In this document: positions 47,798 through 58,400 of the stretch, in pieces | Position numbering within the stretch: position 1 is the stretch's first letter | Layout: each line of letters starts with the position of its first letter | Origin: an uncultured bacterium | GTDB taxonomy: Bacteria; Zixibacteria; MSB-5A5; GN15; FEB-12 | Reading direction: 5' to 3' | Assembly (NCBI GenBank): GCA_965372795.1 | Contig: CBDVDR010000002.1 | Span: 248,256-312,255, forward strand | DNA: 64,000 nt | Position numbers and translations under genes: made by a program | Notes under the pieces: generated by a model | The model's database searches: none | Told to the model about the DNA's origin: nothing | Seen by the model: the letters and a program-made list of their open reading frames with translations, nothing else

Positions 47798-48808
47798 TTA
47801 ATCACACAGGTGGCAATCGAACGGTGGTAGTCCGCTACTGAACATATAATCCACAAAGTAAGTGATATCAGAGATGCTTTGCTCACAATTGCCGTCAAAA
47901 TCCGATTCATAGAAACAAGGTGGTGGTGGTCCTCCGGTAAACATAAAATCAACATAATAGGTCAGATCTGAGATATTCACGGTGCCATCATGGTTGGCAT
48001 CTCCGGGAACCTGACAACAGGTGAGGTTAGGTGTAAAAGCTACCACATCAGGAGCCGCCGCAGACTTTGGAATCGTAGCCAGCAACATCGGGTAAAAAAC
48101 ATCTTGTCCCGCTGCATCTGGCTGCTTGGGACCAATACTTGCATCGGTGGTTTTAATACTATGATTCCCACCGGTTGGCACAGTCAACATTACGGTTCCC
48201 ACAGTAGACTTAGCGTTCGTGTTATATGTATAATTCCAGGAACTAAATATGAAACAAGCCACACCGGTATTATTATCTACCTTGCCGACTTTTGCCTGGT
48301 CAAACAGACTGAAAGGTGGATTTGGTGAAACCGTAACCGAGCTGATTGTTGGTATTGTAGTACCGTCGACTGTGAATTGTATAGGTATTACTGCTCCTTT
48401 GAGCGACATGGTACTCTTAAATTCGACCGTAACGAGGCATGATGTGCCAGTAAAGTTGTTTGGTTTGGTACTGATATTGGTGTTAGCAGTGACTGTCGGA
48501 ATCAATTTGGCTTTGGTAGGCGGGCAGGACATCCATCCAGTCCCTCCCGGCGGTACCATGTACAGATCGTGAATCATGAAGTGAATATCACGAATAGTGA
48601 TTAGTTCATAATCATCTACATCTGCCTGAGTAAAGTCCAAGGGTTTTGGTCCACCAAGAAACCACCAGTCGATAAGATAAGTCAGGTCGGCAACATCAAA
48701 TGTACTACTCCCATCCTGATCACCACAGATGGCAGTAACTGAAGATCCCGAAGCACTGATAATCAAAAACACGATCAGTAGCCCTTTCAAAATAGCACTT
48801 GAACGCAT
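47798..48808 (-). CDS. Secreted protein with N- and C-terminal dockerin-like domains and a central beta-rich (possibly cohesin-like) domain
   Basis: CGDQDGSSTFDVADLTYLIDWWFLGGP and CCQVPGDANHDGTVNISDLTYYVDFMFTGGPPPPC; signal peptide. Confidence 0.8.
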   Translation of the reverse strand: MRSSAILKGLLIVFLIISASGSSVTAICGDQDGSSTFDVADLTYLIDWWFLGGPKPLDFTQADVDDYELITIRDIHFMIHDLYMVPPGGTGWMSCPPTKAKLIPTVTANTNISTKPNNFTGTSCLVTVEFKSTMSLKGAVIPIQFTVDGTTIPTISSVTVSPNPPFSLFDQAKVGKVDNNTGVACFIFSSWNYTYNTNAKSTVGTVMLTVPTGGNHSIKTTDASIGPKQPDAAGQDVFYPMLLATIPKSAAAPDVVAFTPNLTCCQVPGDANHDGTVNISDLTYYVDFMFTGGPPPPCFYESDFDGNCEQSISDITYFVDYMFSSGLPPFDCHLCD

Positions 48809-48990
48809 ACTTCGCCCCTTTCCGATAGAAATATTTTAGATTGATGGAGTGAACAGTCTGCTGTAAAGCTTATTAGATTATCCCCTGTTACATGTCCAAA
48901 CTACACCATGAAAATCCGGTATGCAAGTACTATTTGTGGAGAAGTGTCTCTGCGATATGAGGAAATATTTGAGAGAGTTGTCTGTATAGA

Positions 48991-49083
48991 TCAGGTCTCC
49001 AAGAGAAGAGAGACCTGACCTACGGAAACGAAACTGTCGGGTCACAATTTGCCGTTGGCAAATCAAGACCCAACAGAACATAA
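48991..49083. repeat. REP-like cluster (right boundary of the island)
   Basis: Minus-strand GTAG-GTCAGGTCTC..GAGACCTGA hairpin and CTGTCGGGTC..ATTTGCC-GTT-GGCAAAT..GACCCAACAG hairpin; inverted copy of 43403-43481. Confidence 0.85.
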
Positions 49084-49115
49084 TAAAGAAAATTATATAT
49101 AGTTGTTGAACAACC

Positions 49116-49553
49116 TTAACCGACGTGTTCCGGTTGTTTGGGTTGGGGGTCGGACTCAGATGGTAATGCAGGCTGAGGTCGGTCCGGTGTTCCAAAAGCT
49201 AAAACACCAAGAGCAACAAAACCAACAAAAGGGACCAACACCAAAACTCCCCAATAAGCAGGATGTCCTGCTTTTTTGGCAGCTTCCGCCCAGAGTATTC
49301 CAAACATGATAATGTTGACGACCGGAACCAGCAGAGTCAAAAACCACCACCATTCCTTTTGTGCCATTTTTATCAGCAAGAATGTATTAACAATCGGGAT
49401 CCATGCCAACCAGGCGTTGTCCTCATCACCGGTTTTATAGGCGATTCGGTAAATTGAGTACGAGGTGTAAGCGTAAATTGCTATCAGTACCAACCATCCA
49501 AAGAAACCAAAGAATGATGCAACTGAACCGCCGTCATAAGCGTATTCGTTCAT
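49116..49553 (-). CDS. Membrane protein, DUF5684-like
   Basis: AWLAWIPIVN and WWWFLTLLVPVVN; about four TM segments; GGAGG RBS. Confidence 0.75.
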   Translation of the reverse strand: MNEYAYDGGSVASFFGFFGWLVLIAIYAYTSYSIYRIAYKTGDEDNAWLAWIPIVNTFLLIKMAQKEWWWFLTLLVPVVNIIMFGILWAEAAKKAGHPAYWGVLVLVPFVGFVALGVLAFGTPDRPQPALPSESDPQPKQPEHVG

Positions 49554-49762
49554 TTTCTCCTCCTTAAGGTAAGAAAAAAAATTGAGATTTTCGATGATGT
49601 ATAATATTTCTGAATTGTGCTTATAATTATCGGGAGTTTTCCGGTATTTATTAGAATATATGATTCAACGGGAGGGGAAATAAAGCGATATAAACCGATA
49701 AAATTCGAGGAAGCTGTTGAAACTCCTTGAATTAGAGCAGGTTTTGTCGTATTTTAGCCGGC

Positions 49763-50932
49763 ATGAAAATTATCAAAAATAAAATAGAACAAGCCTGTAA
49801 TCTTCTAAATGAGCTGTCAATTGATGCCTGGGTGATTTTTGTCAGAGAAACCCCGGTAATAACCGACCCGACCCTTGAGATGGTTGTCGGTTTTGAGGCA
49901 ACCTGGCAGTCGTTTTTTATCTATACCGCAAAAGGTGATAAAATAGCGATGGTTGGTGATTTGGATTCGGAAAACTTCAAATCATGCGGATATTTCACCG
50001 AAGTTATTACCTACAATGAGGGCGTCAAAGAAGATTTCCTGAAAGTTTTGAAGCGGTTGAATCCCGGGAAAATAGCGATCAATTATTCGATTGATGATGT
50101 GGTCGCCGACGGGTTGACTCATGGGATGTATTTGCAGTTGATGGATTATGTTAAAGGTACAGCCTTTGAGAATAGTTTTGTGTCCTCTGAAAAACTCGTA
50201 TCGACCCTGCGTTCGGTAAAACTAAGTGAAGAGGTGGACAGGATTTCTCAGTCGGCGAATCTTGCTGTTGAAGCCTGGGAGAAATCAGTTCCACAAATCC
50301 AAACCGGAATGACTGAAAAACAGGTAGCAAAAGTAATCGAAACCGAGATAGAAAAAACCGGTGGAGTGCTCTCGTTTGAAACAATTGTCAATGCCGGAGC
50401 CAAAACCAAACCGGGGCATGGCCGTCCGACTGATGCGGTTCTGGAAACAGGTGATTTACTTCATGTTGATTTTGGAATTAGGATTAACGGTTATTGTTCT
50501 GATTTACAAAGATTGATTTATTTTAAACGCCGGGATGAAAAAGCGGCTCCTGATACCTTGATTGATGCGTTTAACATGGTGTATGATATTATCACCGAAA
50601 CCGGCGATCTGTGTCGTCCGGGAATTAAAGGATTTGAAGTTGATGCCAAAGCGAGGGAGATGCTGACTGATAACGGGTATCCGGAATATCAACACGCCCT
50701 TGGACATCAGATCGGGAGATCGGTTCATGATGGGGGCGGAGTTATTGGTCCCAAGTGGGAACGATATGGAGCGACAACCAGTTTTATACTAAAAGAAAAT
50801 AACGTCACAACTTTAGAGTTGGAAATAATGCTTCCCGGAATCGGCTGTGTCGGACTTGAGGAAGATGTTTGCGTAACAAAAGATGGAGCCAAATTTTTAT
50901 GTCAAAGACAATCGGAATTAATAGTCAAATGA
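49763..50932 (+). CDS. Xaa-Pro peptidase, M24 family
   Basis: HVDFG, YCSDLQR, HALGHQIG, VHD, LELE and LEED metal ligands. Confidence 0.93.
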   Translation: MKIIKNKIEQACNLLNELSIDAWVIFVRETPVITDPTLEMVVGFEATWQSFFIYTAKGDKIAMVGDLDSENFKSCGYFTEVITYNEGVKEDFLKVLKRLNPGKIAINYSIDDVVADGLTHGMYLQLMDYVKGTAFENSFVSSEKLVSTLRSVKLSEEVDRISQSANLAVEAWEKSVPQIQTGMTEKQVAKVIETEIEKTGGVLSFETIVNAGAKTKPGHGRPTDAVLETGDLLHVDFGIRINGYCSDLQRLIYFKRRDEKAAPDTLIDAFNMVYDIITETGDLCRPGIKGFEVDAKAREMLTDNGYPEYQHALGHQIGRSVHDGGGVIGPKWERYGATTSFILKENNVTTLELEIMLPGIGCVGLEEDVCVTKDGAKFLCQRQSELIVK

Positions 50933-51759
50933 AAATATTAGGATCAGTTTTATTGGTGTTGGCGATGGTTTTTATCTCCTGTGCGCCTAAAAAAGTCACC
51001 GATGAACAAAAAGCAGACTGTCGTCCGAGTAATCTTCGGGTTGAGGCAGCCAATGAACAATTGACGGTTATGTGGGATATGGAATGTGAATCACTTTATG
51101 GTGGCTTCAATATTTATATCAGTGATGAACCTTTAGCAGAGAAATATCCGAATGGCATTCCTGAGTCGATTGAGCCGCACAACACCTCGCTGTTTAAAGG
51201 TGATACCGATCCGTTTGATAAGGTTGAACATTATGAGGCGAAGTATTTGAAGAATGGTCAAATTTATTATGTTTCGGCTTGTGTGGTTTTTCCGGATATG
51301 ACAACCTCGGTGATGACTAATGAAGTGAAAGCGGTTTGCGGTCCGAGAGGCGAGATAGAACTATCATTGAGATATAAGTCTGATCGTGACGGGTATTCAT
51401 TTGAAAAAGATAATTTTGTTCGGGCGGATAATATTGATAATGATTTATATTTCTTTTCCAAAGACGGAAAAGATTATTTGAATTCACCGGTCAGACTTGA
51501 TGGGTTTTTGAAAAAGAATCTACTGGCAAAATTACCGTTTAAGGGCAGTTTTGAGGAAGTGAAAGCTAAAGTTTTAAGCGCTAATATTTCTCCTGATCTG
51601 GATAAACTTGAAATTAAAAAAGGGGATTGGGTTCAGTTGGTAACGCCGGACAATAAATTTGCGCTGATTAATGTAATTGATATCAGCGGTACAGGTAATA
51701 AGCGGGTCGTGAAACTGTATTTTGCCTATACCACAGTTGAGAATGAATTGATTTTTTGA
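50929..51759 (+). CDS. Lipoprotein with an FN3-like domain
   Basis: Lipobox VFISC; PSNL..W..GFNIY..LKNGQIYYV pattern; ATGA overlap supports a start at 50929. Confidence 0.7.
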   Translation: MKILGSVLLVLAMVFISCAPKKVTDEQKADCRPSNLRVEAANEQLTVMWDMECESLYGGFNIYISDEPLAEKYPNGIPESIEPHNTSLFKGDTDPFDKVEHYEAKYLKNGQIYYVSACVVFPDMTTSVMTNEVKAVCGPRGEIELSLRYKSDRDGYSFEKDNFVRADNIDNDLYFFSKDGKDYLNSPVRLDGFLKKNLLAKLPFKGSFEEVKAKVLSANISPDLDKLEIKKGDWVQLVTPDNKFALINVIDISGTGNKRVVKLYFAYTTVENELIF

Positions 51760-51927
51760 TTCAGCCTTAAAAAAGACCATTGTAATCTTTGAAGGAGTCA
51801 GCGGTTTTATATTTAGCTTGCTTTTATAAGTTATTATTGAAATCTTCCGATATATGACAAAATGATAAGACGTTAGTTTTGTCTGAAATTATAGTAATTT
51901 AATAGCAATAGATATAGGGGAGTAGTT

Positions 51928-52896
51928 TTGGAATTTCATAAAGATATTTTAAAAATTGATGCTGAAAAAGTCGCAGATGATCTTTCCAAGAAAATATTTA
52001 GCCAGATTCGTGATAAACTAAAAAAGAGCGGGGCTGTGATTGGTATCTCCGGCGGTATCGATTCATCGGTGGTGGCGGCTTTATGTGTAAAGGCGCTGGG
52101 TCCTGAGCGAGTGCTTGGAATAATGATGCCGGAAGGGGATTCATCACCGGATAGTAAAAGTTTTGCAGAAATTTTGGCTGATGGTTTGGGAATTAAAACA
52201 GTGCTTGAGGATATTACTGATGGTCTAAAGGGATTGGGCTGTTATGAAAAACGTGACGAAGCGATCAAAACTGTTTTCCCTGAATATGATGATAGTTATA
52301 AATCAAAAATAATTATTCCAAATAATATTTTAGAAAAGAGCAAGATTAATATCTTCGAGCTGGCGGTTGATACTCCCAACGGTGAAACAATTAGTAAGCG
52401 GATGACAACCTCGGCGTATTTGCAGATTGTTGCGGCGACAAATTATAAGCAGCGTTTAAGAATGACGACCCTATATTATCATGCTGATCGATTAAACTGG
52501 GGAGTAATCGGAACCGGTAATAAAGATGAACATGAACAGGGATTCTTTGTGAAGTATGGTGACGGCGGTGCTGATTTAAAACCATTGGCTCATCTGTTTA
52601 AAGTTCAGGTCTTCCAGTTAGCGGAAGCTCTGGGGATTCCCAAAGAAATTTATGAGAGAGTGCCGACTACCGATACCTATAGCTCGGAAGTTACTCAGGC
52701 AGAATTTTTCTTTGGACTTGATTTTTACAATATGGATATGATCTGGTACGCCATGGAAAATAATATTCCGGCTGAAAAAGTTGCCGAGGTTCTTGATCTG
52801 TCGGTGGAGCAGGTTAAAAATGGTTTTGCAAATATTCAGCGTAAGATTGTTGCGACCCATTATTTGAAAATGAACCCCCTTCATATTGATGAGTAA
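51928..52896 (+). CDS. nadE: NH3-dependent NAD(+) synthetase-like protein (asnB-associated subtype)
   Basis: GISGGIDSS, NYKQRLRM, GFFVKYGDGG and PTTD; no glutaminase domain; TTG start. Confidence 0.85.
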   Translation: MEFHKDILKIDAEKVADDLSKKIFSQIRDKLKKSGAVIGISGGIDSSVVAALCVKALGPERVLGIMMPEGDSSPDSKSFAEILADGLGIKTVLEDITDGLKGLGCYEKRDEAIKTVFPEYDDSYKSKIIIPNNILEKSKINIFELAVDTPNGETISKRMTTSAYLQIVAATNYKQRLRMTTLYYHADRLNWGVIGTGNKDEHEQGFFVKYGDGGADLKPLAHLFKVQVFQLAEALGIPKEIYERVPTTDTYSSEVTQAEFFFGLDFYNMDMIWYAMENNIPAEKVAEVLDLSVEQVKNGFANIQRKIVATHYLKMNPLHIDE

Positions 52897-52941
52897 GATA
52901 ATCTTGCAAACAGATAGATACTTCTTTATTCAGGATTTACG

Positions 52942-54930
52942 ATGTGCGGGATAGCCGGATATTTTCAATTAAATAATCCTCAAAAACCGGATACCGAATT
53001 AGTCCGCAAAATGGTGCAGATAATTAAGCACCGGGGACCGGATGAATTCGGTGCCTACTTTGACAATCGGTGTGTTTTGGGACAGGCAAGGTTGTCGATT
53101 ATTGATCTGTCTTCGGGGTCGCAGCCAATGACCAATGAAGATGGTACGATCTGGATTACTTATAATGGTGAGATTTACAATTATATCGAATTGCGGGAAG
53201 AGCTAATTGCCGCCGGGCATAAATTCAAAACCAAATGTGATACCGAAGTAATTATTCATGCTTACGAAGAATACGGGGTGGATTGTCTTAATAAATTTAA
53301 CGGACAGTTTGCTTTTGCTATTTATAATAAACGAAAAGAGAGACTGTTTGTAGCTCGTGACCGAGCCGGGATTCGACCGGTTTTTTATGCTTTGCACAAT
53401 GGGCGATTTTATTTTGCTTCAGAGATAAAATCGATTTTCTGTGACCCAAATATTCCCAGAAAATTAAATCTTCAGGGGTTAGATGAAATTTTTACCTGGT
53501 GGACAACAGCTCCGCCAAAGACGGTGTTTGAGGGGATTTCAGAACTTGAAGCCGGCACCTACCTTGAGATAGCAAAAGGGAAAGTAAATTCCAAAAGATA
53601 CTGGAATTATGAATATCCTACAGAGTTTGATCAAACCCGTTCAGTTGATTCCTGGGCGGAAGAGCTTCATGAATTATTGGTAGATTCGGTTCGGTTGCGT
53701 TTGCGCGCTGATGTTCCGGTCGGGGCATATTTATCGGGTGGACTTGATTCCTCGGTGACTACGGCTTTGATTAAAAAATTTACGAACAGCAAACTTGAAA
53801 CATTTTCAATCGCTTTTCATGATAAAGCTTATGATGAATCCGGCTACCAGAATCAAATGGCAGAATTTTTGGGTACGAACCATCATCAGGTTAAATGTTC
53901 CTACCATGATATTGCCGAAAATTTTCCAGATGTAATTTATCACACCGAAAAACCGATTGTAAGAACCGCCCCGACACCATTATTTATGCTTTCAAAATTG
54001 GTGAGGGAGAACAATTTCAAAGTTGTTCTAACAGGGGAGGGCGCTGATGAAATGTTTGGCGGGTACGATATTTTTAAGGAAACTCTGATAAGGAAATTCT
54101 GGGCAAAAGACCCTGATTCATCATGGCGGCCATCACTTTTGAAAAGACTATATCCAACTTTGCCGTTATCGGGAGCAAGAGCTAAATTTTATCTTGAGAC
54201 TTTTTATAAAGCCGGATTATCCAAGCTTAACGAATTTCATTTTTCTCATATACCAAGAATTAATACAACGACTAAGATAAAAGATTTGTTTTCCGATCAG
54301 GTGAAATCATCTTTGGAATCAACAAACTCGATAGATGCATTCGGGGAAAATTTACCTGATAATTATTTTAAATGGCATCATCTTTCAAGAGCGCAGTATT
54401 TGGAAGCAAAATCATTGTTGTCAGGCTATTTGCTATCTTCTCAGGGAGACAGGGTGTCAGCCGCTAATTCGGTTGAGGGAAGATTTCCATTTTTAGATCA
54501 TCGGGTAATGGAATTTTCAGCTAAAATTCCACCCTGGCATAAATTGCTGGGCTTGAATGAAAAGTTCATTTTAAAAAAAGCGATGAGAAAAGAACTACCC
54601 AAAGAGATCATCGGGCGGGTAAAACAGCCTTATATGGCTCCTGATTCGAATTGTTTTTTCCAGCAGAACCGACCGGATTATATCGAGGAACTTTTATCAG
54701 AAGCTAATATTAACGCGGCAGGGATTTTTAATTCTAAATATGTTGAGAAATTAAAAAATAAATGTACAAGGTTGGTTCATGCTCATTTATCTTTTAAGGA
54801 TAATATGTCATTTATAGGAGTACTATCAACGCAGCTTTTGGTCGATAAATTTATAAATAATTTTGATCCGCCGGTGGCATCGCCAATAGAAAATTACAAG
54901 ATTTGGCATGATGGAACTAAAGATGAATAA
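52942..54930 (+). CDS. asnB: Asparagine synthase (glutamine-hydrolysing) family amidotransferase
   Basis: MCGIAG, HRGPD, NGEIYN, LSGGLDSS, TGEGADE and RFPFLD. Confidence 0.93.
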   Translation: MCGIAGYFQLNNPQKPDTELVRKMVQIIKHRGPDEFGAYFDNRCVLGQARLSIIDLSSGSQPMTNEDGTIWITYNGEIYNYIELREELIAAGHKFKTKCDTEVIIHAYEEYGVDCLNKFNGQFAFAIYNKRKERLFVARDRAGIRPVFYALHNGRFYFASEIKSIFCDPNIPRKLNLQGLDEIFTWWTTAPPKTVFEGISELEAGTYLEIAKGKVNSKRYWNYEYPTEFDQTRSVDSWAEELHELLVDSVRLRLRADVPVGAYLSGGLDSSVTTALIKKFTNSKLETFSIAFHDKAYDESGYQNQMAEFLGTNHHQVKCSYHDIAENFPDVIYHTEKPIVRTAPTPLFMLSKLVRENNFKVVLTGEGADEMFGGYDIFKETLIRKFWAKDPDSSWRPSLLKRLYPTLPLSGARAKFYLETFYKAGLSKLNEFHFSHIPRINTTTKIKDLFSDQVKSSLESTNSIDAFGENLPDNYFKWHHLSRAQYLEAKSLLSGYLLSSQGDRVSAANSVEGRFPFLDHRVMEFSAKIPPWHKLLGLNEKFILKKAMRKELPKEIIGRVKQPYMAPDSNCFFQQNRPDYIEELLSEANINAAGIFNSKYVEKLKNKCTRLVHAHLSFKDNMSFIGVLSTQLLVDKFINNFDPPVASPIENYKIWHDGTKDE

Positions 54931-55001
54931 ATGTTGCTACTTGACGATATAATAGATAACTTTAATATCCAGACTTTAAATGTAGAGCTTGTGGAGGCAT
55001 T

Positions 55002-55247
55002 TTGGAGAAGCGCAATCAAATTAGAGAATTCATAGTAGAAAACTTTTTGCTCGGGCAAAAATCAGACGATTTTACCGACTCAGTCTCGTTATTAGATATC
55101 GGAATCATTGATTCCACCGGGATTCTTGAGTTAGTGGAATTTGTTGAGGGGAACTATTCGATTAAAATTGATGATCACGAGTTAGTCCCTGAAAACCTTG
55201 ATTCGGTTGATAACCTTGTGAATTTTATTCAGAAAAAATCTTCCTAA
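55002..55247 (+). CDS. Acyl/aminoacyl carrier protein
   Basis: GIIDSTG phosphopantetheine Ser and PENLDSV; GGAGG then TTG start. Confidence 0.9.
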   Translation: MEKRNQIREFIVENFLLGQKSDDFTDSVSLLDIGIIDSTGILELVEFVEGNYSIKIDDHELVPENLDSVDNLVNFIQKKSS

Positions 55248-55407
55248 CCAATATAAATTTAACGTTCATCCTTTAATTCGAATTCGTTATAAGGCAATTA
55301 GTTATGCCTTGACATTTTCGAATATTCTTTTATTTTCCAATTGAATACTAAACTAAATTAGGTTACAAATCGTTAGTATCTTATATGGTAAGCTCTGCAA
55401 ACCCCTC

Positions 55408-58400
55408 ATGCAGAGAACAGGATTTATGACGGGAAAAATTGTGAGAATAATTAGCTGGTTCACAGCATTATTTGTTGTGATGTTATTTGGTATATCTTCG
55501 GGGATTAAGGCTGAAACTCCCAAAGGGGCAGTACCCGGGAAATATATAGTAAAATTGAAATCCGGGGTCAAATCTCAGTTAATTGGTAATTCTCTTAGCT
55601 CCGGCAGTAAATTTAGAAAATCCACCAAATTAAAAATTAAGCCCGATTTAAAAGGGAGTAAATCCTGGGATAGATATTTTACCTATTATACCAGTGATAA
55701 GAATTTGTCTTTAGAGCAAATTATTGAAGAAATCGGAGCTGAGAATATTGAATTTATTGAGCAGGATCATTATATAGAATTTTTTGAATATCCCACCGAT
55801 TCATTATTCACCCACCAATGGTATTTAAATAATATAGGCCAGGAATATTACGGAATTCAAAGAGGTCCTGATATTTTTGATGATTCGCTGGTACTCAAAA
55901 CCGGAACACCGGGAAAAGATTTTAAACTAAACCAGTTTTATGAATCTCCTCCTGAGGATTCCACCAAAGTTGTGGTAGCGATAATTGATACCGGTGTTGA
56001 TACGAAACATCCGGAGCTGCAGGGAAGATTCTGGAAAAATCCTGATGAAATACCGGGTGATGGCATTGATAATGATCAAAATGGTTATATCGATGATACG
56101 CTGGGGTATGACGTCAGCGGTGATATTATAAATTTATTCAATCCGGTTGGTGATAATGATCCGATGGATGGCAATGGTCATGGAACTCATGTAGCAGGAA
56201 TAATTGCTGCCAATGCCAATGGGTTCGGGATTGTCGGGATTGCACCCTGGGTAGAGATTATGGCGATTAAAATACGCCCTAATATCAGCAACACTATTGC
56301 CGCAGAGGGAATTTTGTATGCAGTAAACTCGGGGGCTCAAATTATAAATATCAGCTGGGGCACGCCTTTTGTGTCGGGTATTCTTGAAGAAGCGATTGAG
56401 TTTGCGGTTAATAACGGAGTCTTGGTTTGTATCGCACCCGGTAACACCGGGACCAACGAACGATTTTTCCCGGCTGCTTATGATGATATTAATACGGTTA
56501 TAGTTGGTGCCGGAAATTCTGACGGGTTCATGACCAGTTTTTCAACCTATGGCGAACATATTGATATTATTGCTCCGGGGAAAGATATTCTATCTCTAAG
56601 AGCTGATACTCTGAATTTGTACGATATTGCAGATATTCCGGAAAACAATTATTTAAGAGTAATAGATTCATTTTATTTGCTTGCTGATGGCACCTCAATG
56701 GCGACTCCGGTTGTTTGCGGGGCGGCTGCGCTTTTATTATCATTTCGTCCAGATTTAACCCTTGAAGAACTAAGATTTTATCTTCTTAGCGGAGCGGTTG
56801 ATATAACCGATCCATGGGGAGATCATCAATATAACCTGGTTGGACCGGACACGATAACAGGACACGGTTATCTTAATATTTATGAATCATATCTGCGACT
56901 GATTTTTTCATCAGCCGGGAGTATTGATTTTGTCGAACCGGAGTTGAAAAAAAGGTATACAACCGGTGTGAATATTAAGATTGCTCCGGTCGGTATTTAT
57001 GCCGGAGGCTGGGAGCTTGAGTATATTTTCGGATATGATTCGGTTGGGTGGCTACCTTTAGCCAGTGGAATTTCGATTCCTTCGGATTCGATTATCTATT
57101 TCTTTGATGAATTAAATGTTAATGGCAATATCAAATTGCGATTAATTGATGATGGCGGGTCAATTGCTGAGACCTCATTTATGTATGTCAGAAACCGTAA
57201 GGTAGAGTTGATTACGCCGGTTAATGATCAGGAAGTAAAATTTAGTTTTGCTGTGATGGGGACAGGCTATGGCCCGGATTTTGATTCACTGCAATTATAT
57301 TATTATAAAATTATTGATGAGAATGAGTACGTTTTTTCATCCACCGGCGAACATTTTGATTCTGTACTGTACAACTGGGTAGCTTCAGGGGATAACACCG
57401 GCGATTTTATGATGGTTCTGGTTGGTTATTTTGGAAACAACAGTATAAAAGATTCAGCCGCTTTCAGGGTGACATCCGCTTTTGCTTCCGGATGGCCTCA
57501 AAGTTTTAATGGCAATACCGGTATAACTCCGGTTTGTGCTGACCTTGATAAAGATGGATTAAAAGAACTGATCATTACGACGAATGTTGGTTTGTTGATT
57601 TACAACGCTGACGGGAGCTTAAAAAATAAAGATGGTCAGACTTATTTAAGCGGAATTAATGTTATTTGTGTTCCGGCAGTATATGATATTGACCGGGACG
57701 GTCAGGATGAAATTATTTTGACGAGTGATACAACTCTTCATGTAATTAATCATGACGGCAGTTATGCGCCCGGATTCCCTGTTTATGCTAAAACGGGAAC
57801 AGCCTCCGGTGGTTACGGTTACCCGACCCCGATAGTAACGCAGCTTGGTATGGGTGAAGATTCAGCCATAGTATTTATTAATATTCTGGGACAATTATAT
57901 GCTTATCAATTTGATGGCGACCCTTATTTTTATTCATTAGAAGGTTTTTATGCTTCTGCGGGAGCCGGGGTAAGAAATGAAGCGGTTTATGTCGGGAAGA
58001 CACTTCCGTTTATCTCTTCATCCGACTTTAACGGCGATGGAATCAACGAAGTAGTGGCATCTTTCAGCTCAAATCATTTGGGTGGCATCAGCCTGTTTGA
58101 TGCGAGAACCGGTAATTCAACTTTTGATTTAGAATCGACTCTTTTACAACGGGTAGATAAAAGCAGCGGTATGACTTTGGCTGATTTAAATGGTGACGGA
58201 CTTCATGAAATTATCACAATCGGTTTTGATGATGAGTTTTTAAATGATGACTCGCTTAAAGTTCCGGTTCTTTGGATAAAGACAAATGGTGTTGAAGATT
58301 TAGCGGGCTGGCCGGTGGCGATGAATGATGTCCCTGAAAAAAATTGGATTCCATCAATTCCGGTTGCTGCGGATCTTGATCTGGATGGCATCCCTGAAAT

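Noticed and set aside
47502..47841. Short ORFs 47502-47753 (-) and 47647-47841 (+)
   Set aside because: Translations of repeat DNA overlapping real genes
48878..49195. 105-aa minus-strand ORF
   Set aside because: Overlaps the DUF5684-like gene and runs through REP hairpins; no recognisable protein features
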